The notes under the pieces are model-generated. The model saw only the letters and a list, made by a program, of their open reading frames with translations. It was not told where the DNA came from and ran no database searches. Below, one piece after another: positions 50,101 to 59,758 of a stretch of 64,000 bases of DNA. Source of the DNA: an uncultured virus (IMG/VR IMGVR_UViG_3300028048_001604) (taxonomy: Duplodnaviria > Heunggongvirae > Uroviricota > Caudoviricetes); the IMG/VR virus record IMGVR_UViG_3300028048_001604. The stretch is one strand, 5' to 3'. Numbering within the stretch: position 1 is the stretch's first letter; every line of letters starts with the position of its first letter. Made by a program: the position numbers and the translations under genes.

Positions 50101-50421
50101 CAAGGTGTACCAATCTGGGTATTTTGCGTCTTTCTGTACATAAGTTATTAACTCTCCGTTTACCATGTACAGATTCTTTTCTGATTTAAGACCTAACTGC
50201 TGTTCTAGTTCTCGCTCATAATAAGATAAATCTACACAAAAGCAACTTAAATTGGCGAAGAAACCATTCGTCTGTACTTGTACGTCTCTACCCAAGTTTG
50301 GTGGTGTGCTTAATGGCTTGTTGATATACCCCATAACACGTATATTTTTCAGAGTACCATTACCACCCTTACCCTGCCAATCCATGTGAGCGAATTTTAC
50401 TAAATCTATATAGTTAATCAT
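47161..50421 (-). CDS. recD2: RecD2-like superfamily 1B helicase with long N-terminal extension
   Basis: ENPY, GCAGSGKTT, APTGKAAKR, TLHRL, IDEGAMV, GDPQQLSPIG, QVITP, GDRVI, NGDVG, TVHKLQGSE, YTMMTRGK. Confidence 0.92.
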   Translation of the reverse strand: MINYIDLVKFAHMDWQGKGGNGTLKNIRVMGYINKPLSTPPNLGRDVQVQTNGFFANLSCFCVDLSYYERELEQQLGLKSEKNLYMVNGELITYVQKDAKYPDWYTLEGTLVFSRIDKYYCSLFKWVRNGKSWAIAKTPLNNLSFKGISNEHDLCEYLRRSAAVGRLDLPTYVTALPRFTSTMKELQIDLTNNGQSKGIQQTSNTVNSSQFKGMQQTAKPAKALTRTNRQKVQKNTVNIEKVRGLLENSKSVRQNHLKSILDDYRPTDSVNSRVSTLFDRLIKYKSSKPDTYARTGNTLLKKYLADFSSVGRKPYLGSTVEQFVLQYITQVRDLVCGNCYIDDTVFSDVTESYVNDAFSDTEMFYAKMLGITLGIQTSVIEDLKGYCDFYNISIVRVLTENPYIICLFGLLNYSKVEQIAVAVGVADKQDLAELRNIGILDSEFMFDGTNNTIYDMNSILKTPFGLSLTKAEYKRVSETGTFLKSGTIAELKTYFDCKVVTTYSPASFKSIGNKYVRRLSYNDITQAVEKYKGSGMGISFDNGIVPYQLAEQELYVFDCAESLAEKETGITPSDIEPLIAEFENLKGFTLEPEQRDAAMLLTHGFGLVAGCAGSGKTTDTELFVYILERLSNKHLYFSAPTGKAAKRMQEVIKRRVYTLHRLCRIGVDTCTSFGNMSDDDISGTISDSVLLIDEGAMVSLSLLTSVLKRVDLDSCYIYMFGDPQQLSPIGKSLPFRNYLRTMPTQYLNVSKRASSGSNITLASNYVTDNSDADSMLPLPSEKDFFLVPCSDEDISYIVSLLCKYYLGKATVRDIAILQSKIPELPSLNITKDDIQVITPYKTPRYSWSSTSLNRVLQPIFNDNRDYRKTVICNNTRFVIGDRVIHTNKNMYNMQWYEDLQSDGTINKKYGYGIANGDVGVFVGIISADNIYIQDEVELKPDDFDEYPDSLRDDMTWVGNNKYFMVVKYYDYLSQTYFNILYRCSLFTGSSQDTSGINIIGEDIQNLELFYAGTVHKLQGSEVKLGICTVGNTYGTFVNNNMIYTMMTRGKSCIFMVGDVSNNHNSSLSKARLIKATTNTKTLGEKF

Positions 50422-50451
50422 AATATATCCTTAATTAATACTTGTATGGTT

Positions 50452-51888
50452 TCACAATAAGTCTTTGATAACAGAGTTTGCCCAGTTTACTACCCATAAT
50501 AGCCAAGAGTAAAGTAAGCCTGAAACTACCAATACACCAAATACTAAACCAAAGAACGTAAGGAATAATACACCTCTATGATTTATAGTCTTTTTAGACC
50601 TGTCTTTAGGGTTTAACTCTAGTCTCCAAGTACAACTACCGTCTAACTCGTGAGATACGCATAACTTTCCAAACGTAATCTTTGACATTAAATCGAAATC
50701 GAAAAATGGATTGATTAAATCAAACCAATAACTGATATATAAAAGTATAGACCAAATAATGATGAAGATACCCGTCAAGGCAATTATACGTCTTACCCAT
50801 GCTATGATACCTGCATCTTCACGAGTACTTGCTACATTCATTTCCCAATCTGACAGACCATTCATAGTATCTGATGATAAATTGTCACGTTTTGAATTAG
50901 ACGTCTGGTCTGTTAATGCAGGTTCAATTAACTTGTTAAAAGCAGATAATTGACTTTCAGACCAATACCCACTCTTCTTCAACTGTTTTGATACAGTTTT
51001 AGCTGTCTTGGCACCATCAGATAAATCTGCTCCACCTAACCAAGTGTAGAACTTTTTAGCAAAAATACCTCTATTTGCTTTTACCTTACCCTCTGTTGAA
51101 CAGAACTCTGTTAGAAAGAAGTCACCAAAATTAACCATAGAGCCGTATGCTTTAGCACCAGCGTCTCGACCATCATATTTTGTCGCAAGACCTCTATCTG
51201 ATGCAAATGTTTGTGTAGCTGCATTAACTTCAAATACAATCTGGAATACATTTGCTGCACCATCTGGAGTTTCAGCTGCCTGGAAAGCACTAAAATCACC
51301 TGACGGTACAGTTTTAGGTACATCTGCCATAGTAATACCGTTATATGTGTAATCACTATTTGCGTTCTGAGCTACAAACGTATTATACTTATCCAAGTAA
51401 TCCCAATATTTTTTATCCCTTTCTTTAAATGTACGTAGCATATAAGCTATCTGACAAGAACCATCGGCACAACCACCATTTGACTTTTCGTGTTGGCAAT
51501 TACTGTTCTCTGTTGAATTCGTAAAACCTGTAAATGGGTCAAAACCAAACAAACCACCTGCTCTTTTACCAGCTGGGCATACAGGGTTACATGTGCTTTC
51601 TTGCATAGCGTTCCCTAAAATACCTGCTATGGCTGCTGTTGAGTACCCATCCTGCTGAAGTACTAATACCCAACCTTTTATTCTTTTAATACTAACATCG
51701 TCTAAACCCATACCTGTTAGTATAGAATCACCACCTGCACTGGCATCCTTTGAATCTGATGCTGCCTTTTCAGCGTCTGTACTATCCCCTGTTTTTGATG
51801 TTTGTGATGCATATACCTTATTTGGTACTATACACAACGACACCGAAAGTATAAAAATAAATATAAAACTTAATACCCTTTTATTCAT
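50452..51888 (-). CDS. Secreted lysozyme-like (phage tail lysozyme family) protein with C-terminal TM helices
   Basis: signal peptide, GYSTAAIAGILGNAMQES, AANVFQIVFE, two C-terminal hydrophobic segments. Confidence 0.7.
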   Translation of the reverse strand: MNKRVLSFIFIFILSVSLCIVPNKVYASQTSKTGDSTDAEKAASDSKDASAGGDSILTGMGLDDVSIKRIKGWVLVLQQDGYSTAAIAGILGNAMQESTCNPVCPAGKRAGGLFGFDPFTGFTNSTENSNCQHEKSNGGCADGSCQIAYMLRTFKERDKKYWDYLDKYNTFVAQNANSDYTYNGITMADVPKTVPSGDFSAFQAAETPDGAANVFQIVFEVNAATQTFASDRGLATKYDGRDAGAKAYGSMVNFGDFFLTEFCSTEGKVKANRGIFAKKFYTWLGGADLSDGAKTAKTVSKQLKKSGYWSESQLSAFNKLIEPALTDQTSNSKRDNLSSDTMNGLSDWEMNVASTREDAGIIAWVRRIIALTGIFIIIWSILLYISYWFDLINPFFDFDLMSKITFGKLCVSHELDGSCTWRLELNPKDRSKKTINHRGVLFLTFFGLVFGVLVVSGLLYSWLLWVVNWANSVIKDLL

Positions 51889-51899
51889 CTGCTCCCCCT

Positions 51900-51934
51900 A
51901 AAAAATAAAGGACTTTGATTAGAAGTCCTTTATT
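51900..51934 (-). terminator. intrinsic terminator
   Basis: AATAAAGGACTT / AAGTCCTTTATT stem with T-run. Confidence 0.7.
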
Positions 51935-51953
51935 ATACCACTATATTTATTAT

Positions 51954-52817
51954 TCAGAAAGTAGAGTACTGAACTAAAAGTACATTCTTACCATTTACAA
52001 CCTTATGTGATATATTCTGTCCATAGGCTGTAAACGAAAATGTGTCGCCTGCTTTAATTGAATCAACTGGAACGCTACCAGATATATCTTCAAAAACTAC
52101 TAATTCATCCTTAAGACCATATACAGAATACCACTCGTAGGTACACAACATAGCTGTATGGTCATTTGATAAACTCTTAATTGCCTTTAAATCTGTAAAT
52201 GTGTAAGCGGTGTGTGGCTTAACTAAACTATCGAAATTGTTTAGTAACTCAGGAACTGAACGAGGACTCTCACCATCTATATGGTGTCCTGCCTCAACAT
52301 CATCAGTACCCACAACAACTCTAGATGTTGTAATAAGGTCTTCATGTGTTAAAGCACTACCCCACTTGCTACCAAAATCTGCTAGGCTTACACTATTTGC
52401 ATACTTTGACCAACTCGTACCATCTATGGCATATTCTGGTACAGAAATGTGGTCATATACACGCAACTCAGTTGGATAATTTGGTGTAGTTTGCTTATTT
52501 AGTTCAGCCTGACGTTCTTCTTTGGCATCTTCATCAGCTTGTTCCTGCCTTACGTCATCAGAAATCTTTACCTTGCTCTTTTTTGTAGTACCCGAATTTA
52601 CACCTAGTGATGGGTCATAAGACTTTACCTCTTTCTTTTTTTCTTCTTCCTCAGCCTTTTCTTTAGCTATCTGCTCTGCTTGTGCTTTGGCTTGTGCCTG
52701 TGCCTCTGCCTTCTTCTTTTGCAAGTTGTGACTGCGAATACCCATAACGGAGCCAAATAATACAAGCAAGACTACTATGATAATTATTAAAACTTTATGC
52801 TTTTTTACCCAACTCAA
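51954..52817 (-). CDS. membrane-anchored hypothetical protein
   Basis: N-terminal TM, charged helical linker, globular C-terminal domain. Confidence 0.7.
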   Translation of the reverse strand: MSWVKKHKVLIIIIVVLLVLFGSVMGIRSHNLQKKKAEAQAQAKAQAEQIAKEKAEEEEKKKEVKSYDPSLGVNSGTTKKSKVKISDDVRQEQADEDAKEERQAELNKQTTPNYPTELRVYDHISVPEYAIDGTSWSKYANSVSLADFGSKWGSALTHEDLITTSRVVVGTDDVEAGHHIDGESPRSVPELLNNFDSLVKPHTAYTFTDLKAIKSLSNDHTAMLCTYEWYSVYGLKDELVVFEDISGSVPVDSIKAGDTFSFTAYGQNISHKVVNGKNVLLVQYSTF

Positions 52818-52831
52818 AGTATTGCCTCCAA

Positions 52832-53770
52832 CTACTTAAAAATTTCAAGATACTTATCATCAATCTTTATTCTATTATCTACTGCATGGGCAACTGACTG
52901 CTGAATTAATGTTAAACGACTATCAAGTAGGTCTGCCTGAAAAATGATATAAGCTCCAATAGTACGAGCCTGGTCACCAAATTCATCATGGTGCTGGACA
53001 ATAATTGCTTCCAACTCCTGTAGCCAATGCTCATTGTATTGAGTCTTAATCAACTCGGCGTTAGCTTCAGCATATTTAAGACCAAGAGTACGGTGAGTGA
53101 TGATACTAGAATCTGTATATACCCCGAAATTCATTTCATCAATTTTACCAATATCGTGAACGAGTGCCCCAATAATCAGCAAATCTTTGAAGTCTGATGA
53201 ATACCCTTTGAAGTAGGTATTTACAAACGAGATTGTGTACATAACTACCTTATATGTATGTACTAAAAGACCGCCCTTACAATTATCATGGTGACTCTTA
53301 GCTGCGAACTCAACCTTGAAACGGTCTGCTACCCCTTGGTTTTCAAAAAGAATAGCGTTGGCTACGGTCTTACCCTTTTCTGTAAGGGTCTTATATACCA
53401 TGTCTTTCAAGCCGTTCCAATAGGCGTCAATATCATACAAAGATGGGAGAAAATCAGAAGAACTAAAACCTTCAACTGCCTCTATGTCTTGCAGTATAAC
53501 AGAAGTAACTCCATTATAAAAATCGCCTTTTCCTACAATAAAAGTAGGTACTAGTGTATAATTTTCTGCCTTTAACTTATTAAAAGCATTTGAGTTATTC
53601 CAAACCTTAAATGAAAGAGTAGCCTCACCTGAAGTTAAAGTACCCCTGATAAATTCAGAACCTGTCTTTGTAAGGCAAACCGAATAGTCCTTGATTAGGC
53701 ATACACCCTTAATCTGTGTACCGCTAGATACTTCTAATAATTCTTTTGCCTCTAACTTTTTAATACCCAT
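52832..53770 (-). CDS. yhaM: YhaM/Cbf1-family 3'-5' exonuclease (OB fold plus HD)
   Basis: TKTG..F..KVW OB fold; AAKSHHDNCKGGLLVHT, LVHDIGK, QHH, ADLLD. Confidence 0.88.
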   Translation of the reverse strand: MGIKKLEAKELLEVSSGTQIKGVCLIKDYSVCLTKTGSEFIRGTLTSGEATLSFKVWNNSNAFNKLKAENYTLVPTFIVGKGDFYNGVTSVILQDIEAVEGFSSSDFLPSLYDIDAYWNGLKDMVYKTLTEKGKTVANAILFENQGVADRFKVEFAAKSHHDNCKGGLLVHTYKVVMYTISFVNTYFKGYSSDFKDLLIIGALVHDIGKIDEMNFGVYTDSSIITHRTLGLKYAEANAELIKTQYNEHWLQELEAIIVQHHDEFGDQARTIGAYIIFQADLLDSRLTLIQQSVAHAVDNRIKIDDKYLEIFK

Positions 53771-53779
53771 TTCAACCTC

Positions 53780-54157
53780 CTAAACTGCTAATACATAAAG
53801 CATATCGCCTTCTAGCATTGTGTCTTTGTCTATATACCCTATTACTTTTGCATTACTTGTTAAACTTAAAAATGCTCTAACCTGTAAAGGAAATACCTTT
53901 GTGAAAGATATTAGTTTCTCGCCTTCCGAGATATATACCTGAATAGGTTTCATTTCAGATTCTACATCATAACTATCTGATGCCTCGGTCATCTTTTTAA
54001 GTACAGATGCCTGAGCCTCTGATATTGTAGAATCGTCACCCAATTCGATAATAAAACATGGATATGTAATACCCTCTGACACGTAGCGTCTAACATTACC
54101 TGTTAGACCGTCAACTTCAAAGTCACGATTTTCTTCCTTAACCTCGTACCCTAACAT
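53780..54157 (-). CDS. hypothetical protein
   Basis: true start probably ATG 54157 (MLGYEV) after an AAGGAG RBS. Confidence 0.65.
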   Translation of the reverse strand: MLGYEVKEENRDFEVDGLTGNVRRYVSEGITYPCFIIELGDDSTISEAQASVLKKMTEASDSYDVESEMKPIQVYISEGEKLISFTKVFPLQVRAFLSLTSNAKVIGYIDKDTMLEGDMLYVLAV

Positions 54158-54186
54158 GAGTAAATTTGCTCCTTTCACATACACAT

Positions 54187-54215
54187 ATTATAACATTAGT
54201 CTGCTTGTTTGTCAA
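54187..54215 (-). promoter_or_regulatory. sigmaA promoter with extended -10
   Basis: TTGACA-17 nt-TATAAT with TG extension. Confidence 0.85.
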
Positions 54216-54219
54216 GTAA

Positions 54220-57200
54220 TTATAGCTTATAATATGCACTAGTAAACAGCTGTGTTAAAAAGCCAATCTTATCACTAGGTATAGCTGTTAAAGTCTCCGC
54301 GATTTTTTCTTCTTTATCCCTTGGGTCTACATAATACTGACATATCGTATATTCGTTTGGTGGGATACTTTCTGTATCTGCATATTTAGTACTAAAAGTC
54401 TTTAGCATATTAAGGCAACCTGCATTACCCAAGAGTATGGCTGTATTTACATAAAACTTATGCTCTGGTACAGAAGTAAATACCCCTTGACGCTTAATAG
54501 TATCGAAAAGAAGATTGAGTCTTGCAGTTTCTGCATCTTCTTCGTTCATATCAAACATGTCTGGAATACCCTGAGCAGTGTTGTTTGTATTAGATACCTC
54601 TACATTAGGAATATCTAATAGATTAACTTGTGACCTATCAGTCTTATGTAGTTTACAAAACATATCCAAGGCTGACTGAGTTGTGGTTGCAGGTTCAAAA
54701 GACTCTAAAGGATTACCCTGCTCGTCTAAATATACGCTCTGAATATGGTAAGTTTTGTCTAGGTACTCCTCAAATTCTTTTCTGTAGAAATTGAGGTTCA
54801 AAGGCTCATCTTTGAAGAATTCCTTGATAGCCTGCTTATACATTTTACTATCTTCTTTACAACAACCTAAAACTTCATTGTTTAGAGTAGGTTTGATTTC
54901 TTTACCCTGGCTGTTTTCATCTAATATCTGGTTACGAATATCTCGTACCTCAAAATCGCGAATAATGTCTGGAATACTATTACAGAATTCTTCTGGGTTT
55001 TGATGCCATAACGGATAACCTGTTTTTCCGTACTTCTTTACCCACTCCCATTGTAACTTAATAGACCATTCTACTGATTTAGCCTCATACCAGTTTCTGC
55101 CATACCCAAAACCCATATACAAAGGACACCAAGGTGTGCCATCTTCATTTACAACTTTAACTTCATACTCCTCACGAATAACGCGCAAGAAGTCGGCAGG
55201 ATTAATATCAACTGACACCTCACCTAATAATTCATCATGGATAAAGCCTGAGAACAATACCTTACCTAGCCAACCTTCTTTACAGATGCGTTTGAAAAGT
55301 CTGCCTACACCTATTTTATATAAGTCTGCTGCGGTATTATGCGTTACTAAACCATCTGCTACATAATACCCACAATCTGTGTTACAAACATCATACATAT
55401 CAATGTATTCATCTGTAATCTCGACAGATTTAACTTTTAAGCCTATATTATAATTATATATATCTGCTATTTTTCCAACTGCACGCGAAAACTTTGTTAG
55501 TGAGGACTTAGTTGAAATATTACACTCAATAAAATGTCTATCTGTTAAATCTTTGCACTCTACATAGTTATCAATATTACTAGGGTCTTTACCCACAAGA
55601 AGAAATTTGTGTATTGGACTGCATATAAACTTTGTATCATCTTCAAATGTTATGATGCACTTCTGTTTCTTACCACTATATAAAACATCGCCATGAGTCC
55701 AGTCTGTACCGTTCCATACAAAACCTGAATACCCTACTAATTCTTTTATAGGCTTAACACCAAATTCTTTAGTTTCAATTTTTGTGTCTCCGTGTAAGCA
55801 TCCCTGAATGACCTGATTGCCTGCTTGTCTACGTATAGCATTTACAGTAAAATTCTGACGATTATAATATCTACGTCTACCAAAATAGGTTTCGGTAAAG
55901 CCTTCGTTTATACCCTTATCTCTATGATGTTCAAACCAATCTCTAATATCTTCCTGCCCATTGAAATAAGCCTTACGCAGTTCTCTAGCCTTGATTGTAT
56001 TTTCTGCACTAGGTTCTCCGAATACCCTTGCACCTAGAGATTCGTCTCCCATACCATATGGTAAACCGAAATTAATACCCTTGGCTGCTTTACGGAGTTT
56101 CTTTGTAACTGCTGAATAAGGTACACCATACATATGAGCTGCCTGATAAGCATGGTAATCGAAGTCTGGGTCTGCAAAAGCCGTCATAATACGTTTATTA
56201 CCTACCATGTTAGCAAGTACACGATACTCGATAGATGAATAATCGGTATCGAACATATAATACCCTGGTCTTGGTACTACGTGTTTCTTGATTGGGTCAT
56301 TATAGGACTGATAATTAGGGTCATTAATACTAACTCTACCAGTGGATGCTCCAGTCTGATTTACAGACGAAAATACATAACCATCAGAAGTAGCAAACTT
56401 CGGGAAGTTATCGATAATCTTACGTACTGCCTCTGCCTGTCTATATTCAGAAAGGTAAGATGCGAACGGATATAACGGTTCATCGTCAATATTAGTCATT
56501 TCTGCTAATTTCTTGATGGTGTCCTTATCCGTTGTAGGTCTGCCTGTTTTTCTTGAAATCTGCTCGGGAATACCCAGTTGATGGTACATAATATCAATTA
56601 ACTGAGCAGGAGAGTTAGGATTAAACTTTTTACCTGCAATCTCCTCCATTTTAGCCATTGTATTCTCTTGAATCTTTGCAATATCTTCTCTAACTTTATC
56701 GAGAGCAGTAATATCAATCTTGTGACCATAGAACTCCTGATATGCTACTGCAAACATAAAGTTTATTTCAATCTGATATACTTTATTAGCATTATATTTA
56801 CCCAACAAATCGGTTTCCATTGCATACTTAAACAATCCCTGAGTATTATCAGTATCTGCACAAGCATACAAACGTACCAAGTTGTATGGCAAATCCCAAA
56901 ACTTAATGTCTGAATCTTCACCCCAAGCACCGTCTTTTATCAAGTCAGACAGTTCTAGAGAATCTCTATGCAGTAATAAATGAGCATTTTCCTTCAAGCT
57001 GAGTCTCCAATTCAGTCTAGACGCTCCAAGAGTTAAAGCAATTAGCCACATTGTATCGTGTACGATATTGCAATTAATATCATAAATATATGCAACCTTC
57101 CAATCGAATTCACCGTTATGGGTAATTAATTTTTTACCCTCAAGAATAGGTCGCATATAATGTTCCATAAAATAATAGTGGTCGCCACCACACAAATTTG

Positions 57201-58122
57201 GAATAGCTTTCATCTGTGTTGGGAAGAAGAATGATTCTCCATACTTTACAGATAAAACTACCCCTACTAGTTGGTCGGCTTGACCGATACGAGATTTGAA
57301 TGTGATGTTAAGACCTGTAGTCTCGGTATCGTAAAAGACATACCCATCCCAATCCATAATATATTTACATATTTCTTCAAGGTTTTCATCAGTTACAATC
57401 TGATAATTCTTTTCAAGTAACCATGAAAATTCTTTTTCTGGGTGAGCTGCTATTACCTCTTCGATAGTTTGATATAAATTGCCAGTAGTAACAGGTCTCG
57501 GTGCCTGCTTTGGAAGTGGGAAACCAAGATATTCTTCGTCAAATTTGATACCGAGCGAATACCCGTTTTTTACTAGTGTTAAAAGGCTTGTTGTTGCATT
57601 ATCCTCTGTTAAATCAATCTTAAAATCATCTGTCTGTATATGCAAATCAGTAATAACTCCGTAGAAAAGAGTTACCCTAGCAAATACCTTTGTTTTATCC
57701 ATCGGGAATTTAATTTCATATTCAGTACTAGGACAAGTCTCAATATCATTAGATGCTAACTGCAAGCCTGTATACCCTAATTCGTTTGTTACAGTACACT
57801 GTTGCTTTGCATACCTAATTAAAGCACCTAATCTGCACCAAAAATCTTCATTTATAGGTGCTTTTACATTTTTTCCTGCACTATTCTTACGAATGGCTGA
57901 ATCTACACTAATTCTGCTTACTTTAATATCTAAACGATGCTCATTCAGTCCATCATAAGAATCTAGTTCAATTTCATTATCAGTTTCAAAGGCTCTGTTT
58001 GAAACCATATTATTAAAGGCAGTTACACCTTTAGAGATAACACGTAAACGCGTCTCGGATAAGTTATCCATACCCTCGACATCATACTTTAACCCTTTAT
58101 AATCAATACTACCTGTTAACAC
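54220..58122 (-). CDS. polA: Family A DNA polymerase with 3'-5' exonuclease domain and an intein
   Basis: ExoI YDTETTG, ExoII HNGEFD, ExoIII YACAD; TGRVS..PNYQ, motif A DYSSIEYR, motif B RKAAKGINFGLPYG, motif C IHDEL. Confidence 0.96.
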   Translation of the reverse strand: MLTGSIDYKGLKYDVEGMDNLSETRLRVISKGVTAFNNMVSNRAFETDNEIELDSYDGLNEHRLDIKVSRISVDSAIRKNSAGKNVKAPINEDFWCRLGALIRYAKQQCTVTNELGYTGLQLASNDIETCPSTEYEIKFPMDKTKVFARVTLFYGVITDLHIQTDDFKIDLTEDNATTSLLTLVKNGYSLGIKFDEEYLGFPLPKQAPRPVTTGNLYQTIEEVIAAHPEKEFSWLLEKNYQIVTDENLEEICKYIMDWDGYVFYDTETTGLNITFKSRIGQADQLVGVVLSVKYGESFFFPTQMKAIPNLCGGDHYYFMEHYMRPILEGKKLITHNGEFDWKVAYIYDINCNIVHDTMWLIALTLGASRLNWRLSLKENAHLLLHRDSLELSDLIKDGAWGEDSDIKFWDLPYNLVRLYACADTDNTQGLFKYAMETDLLGKYNANKVYQIEINFMFAVAYQEFYGHKIDITALDKVREDIAKIQENTMAKMEEIAGKKFNPNSPAQLIDIMYHQLGIPEQISRKTGRPTTDKDTIKKLAEMTNIDDEPLYPFASYLSEYRQAEAVRKIIDNFPKFATSDGYVFSSVNQTGASTGRVSINDPNYQSYNDPIKKHVVPRPGYYMFDTDYSSIEYRVLANMVGNKRIMTAFADPDFDYHAYQAAHMYGVPYSAVTKKLRKAAKGINFGLPYGMGDESLGARVFGEPSAENTIKARELRKAYFNGQEDIRDWFEHHRDKGINEGFTETYFGRRRYYNRQNFTVNAIRRQAGNQVIQGCLHGDTKIETKEFGVKPIKELVGYSGFVWNGTDWTHGDVLYSGKKQKCIITFEDDTKFICSPIHKFLLVGKDPSNIDNYVECKDLTDRHFIECNISTKSSLTKFSRAVGKIADIYNYNIGLKVKSVEITDEYIDMYDVCNTDCGYYVADGLVTHNTAADLYKIGVGRLFKRICKEGWLGKVLFSGFIHDELLGEVSVDINPADFLRVIREEYEVKVVNEDGTPWCPLYMGFGYGRNWYEAKSVEWSIKLQWEWVKKYGKTGYPLWHQNPEEFCNSIPDIIRDFEVRDIRNQILDENSQGKEIKPTLNNEVLGCCKEDSKMYKQAIKEFFKDEPLNLNFYRKEFEEYLDKTYHIQSVYLDEQGNPLESFEPATTTQSALDMFCKLHKTDRSQVNLLDIPNVEVSNTNNTAQGIPDMFDMNEEDAETARLNLLFDTIKRQGVFTSVPEHKFYVNTAILLGNAGCLNMLKTFSTKYADTESIPPNEYTICQYYVDPRDKEEKIAETLTAIPSDKIGFLTQLFTSAYYKL
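55336..55800 (-). mobile_element. Mini-intein (155 aa, no homing endonuclease) in polA
   Basis: NQVIQG|CLHGDTKI ... CSPIHKF (block B) ... MYDV (block F) ... YVADGLVTHN|TAAD; excision restores conserved QGTAAD. Confidence 0.95.
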
Positions 58123-58125
58123 TAA

Positions 58126-58548
58126 TTAAGCCTCCTCAAAATCAAAGCCCTTATGCACTACCTTTTTATCTAACTTATCTTCATAAGCATAAATGTTTGC
58201 TTTTGGTAGGTTTGATACCACAAGTCTGTATCTGATAGGCACACTATGCAGTCGCAAATAAGCCTTCTCGAACAGTTCTTCATACTGTGGTTTTGAATAC
58301 CCTCGAGCGAACCACTGCTTTACTGCATTATTATTAATTTCAAAAGTTACCTCTTCATCTTTAGCGTACATATCAACATACCCTAATGAACGCTCGAATG
58401 TGTAGAGCAACTCCTTGTAGAATACATCTGTAATATTATTATCGATAATTCTTTTAACTGAGGTAGCAATAACTTCGCCTTCACGCATAAGTACTATTGC
58501 TGAAATATGTTTTCTTACAAAAATACTACATAGCAACATTTCAAACAA
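58126..58548 (-). CDS. hypothetical protein, possibly a degenerate RNase H-like fold
   Basis: SAIVLMREGEVI...ELL...EVTFEINNNAV topology; catalytic acidic residues not evident. Confidence 0.4.
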   Translation of the reverse strand: MFEMLLCSIFVRKHISAIVLMREGEVIATSVKRIIDNNITDVFYKELLYTFERSLGYVDMYAKDEEVTFEINNNAVKQWFARGYSKPQYEELFEKAYLRLHSVPIRYRLVVSNLPKANIYAYEDKLDKKVVHKGFDFEEA

Positions 58549-59758
58549 CCTCCAAATAATCTATAATAAAATAATCATATCTGATTGGAATACCCCTAAC
58601 ATACCCTTTGTTTCGTAAAGCTCTTACCTTTTGTCTGTTTGCTAAAAGATAAAAATTACTAGAGCCTATATTTAATAACTTACCATTACAAGTACGAAGT
58701 GCATTAGATATATATTCATGTAATTGTAGCTTTAGAAATTCGTCATATGACGGGCTGATACTAGAAATTATACTGCCTGCTAGAGTACGTAACGTATAAT
58801 CCTCTTCTATTTGTAACTTTATAGCAGAGGTGCTATCTGCTCTTAATATCATGTTTATCATACTTAAAAAACTAGTATAGTTTATTTGAACTATAACTTG
58901 ATTCTTTGTCAAAGGACTGGTTATATATTTTGCTCCAACTGCATCATAGTCAGGGTAAACTTTACCAGTTTTATCGCATACCCTTGTACCGCTAGTTTGT
59001 GGCTTTAAGGAACGAAAATCTGTTTCATAAAACTTAAAATCTGCACTACCCAATTCATACTTTAGCTGGTTTAAAAACAAATCAAAATCTTCTAAATACT
59101 TATTGTACAGAGCAAGCATCTCCTCTAAATACCCATTATATTGACGTAGTTTGTTAAACCTGCATAAAAAACTTTCATTAAAAGTATAGCGTTTACCGTC
59201 TTGCTCTTTTATTTTACTGAACAATAAAAATATATCGTCTGGATACTCTAGAAACAGTTTTGGTATATTTGCTTTCAGCTCCTCTTCTGCAATAAGGTCA
59301 ACTGCTAAATCGGTAAAATCAGATGATACGGTTTTACTTACAGATGCGAAGCCTGTTTCATTCTTCTCTACACTGCTAACTGCTATTGTTTCTTCCAGAG
59401 TGCGATTACATTCAGAAGTGTCAATACCAACTGTACTGGCTGCTGCCGACATTGGTATCTCCTTCTTGGCACGTCTAATGTCTTTACTGAAAGGTGTTGC
59501 AGTGAGAGCATTTACATACCCACTGATTGTACCCTTTGTTGGGTTGTAATGTGTGCAAGTGTACTCAAATACCCTTTGCTTTGCCTCTGCTACTAAAGAT
59601 GGATTACCCTTTTGATAGAGCCAAAACAATTTATCATGTTCTTCTAACGCATCTAATATAGCTCCTACTTTAAAAGCATTTTGACTGACCTTATCTGCTT
59701 TACTATATGCATAACTACATAAAAGACTTTTTGGTAAAAGCAAATTCTTCATCAACAA
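58541..59758 (-). CDS. hypothetical protein with sigma70 region-2-like segment
   Basis: HYNPTKGTISGYV resembles the FDPxKGxFSTYA motif. Confidence 0.45.
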   Translation of the reverse strand: MLMKNLLLPKSLLCSYAYSKADKVSQNAFKVGAILDALEEHDKLFWLYQKGNPSLVAEAKQRVFEYTCTHYNPTKGTISGYVNALTATPFSKDIRRAKKEIPMSAAASTVGIDTSECNRTLEETIAVSSVEKNETGFASVSKTVSSDFTDLAVDLIAEEELKANIPKLFLEYPDDIFLLFSKIKEQDGKRYTFNESFLCRFNKLRQYNGYLEEMLALYNKYLEDFDLFLNQLKYELGSADFKFYETDFRSLKPQTSGTRVCDKTGKVYPDYDAVGAKYITSPLTKNQVIVQINYTSFLSMINMILRADSTSAIKLQIEEDYTLRTLAGSIISSISPSYDEFLKLQLHEYISNALRTCNGKLLNIGSSNFYLLANRQKVRALRNKGYVRGIPIRYDYFIIDYLEVV

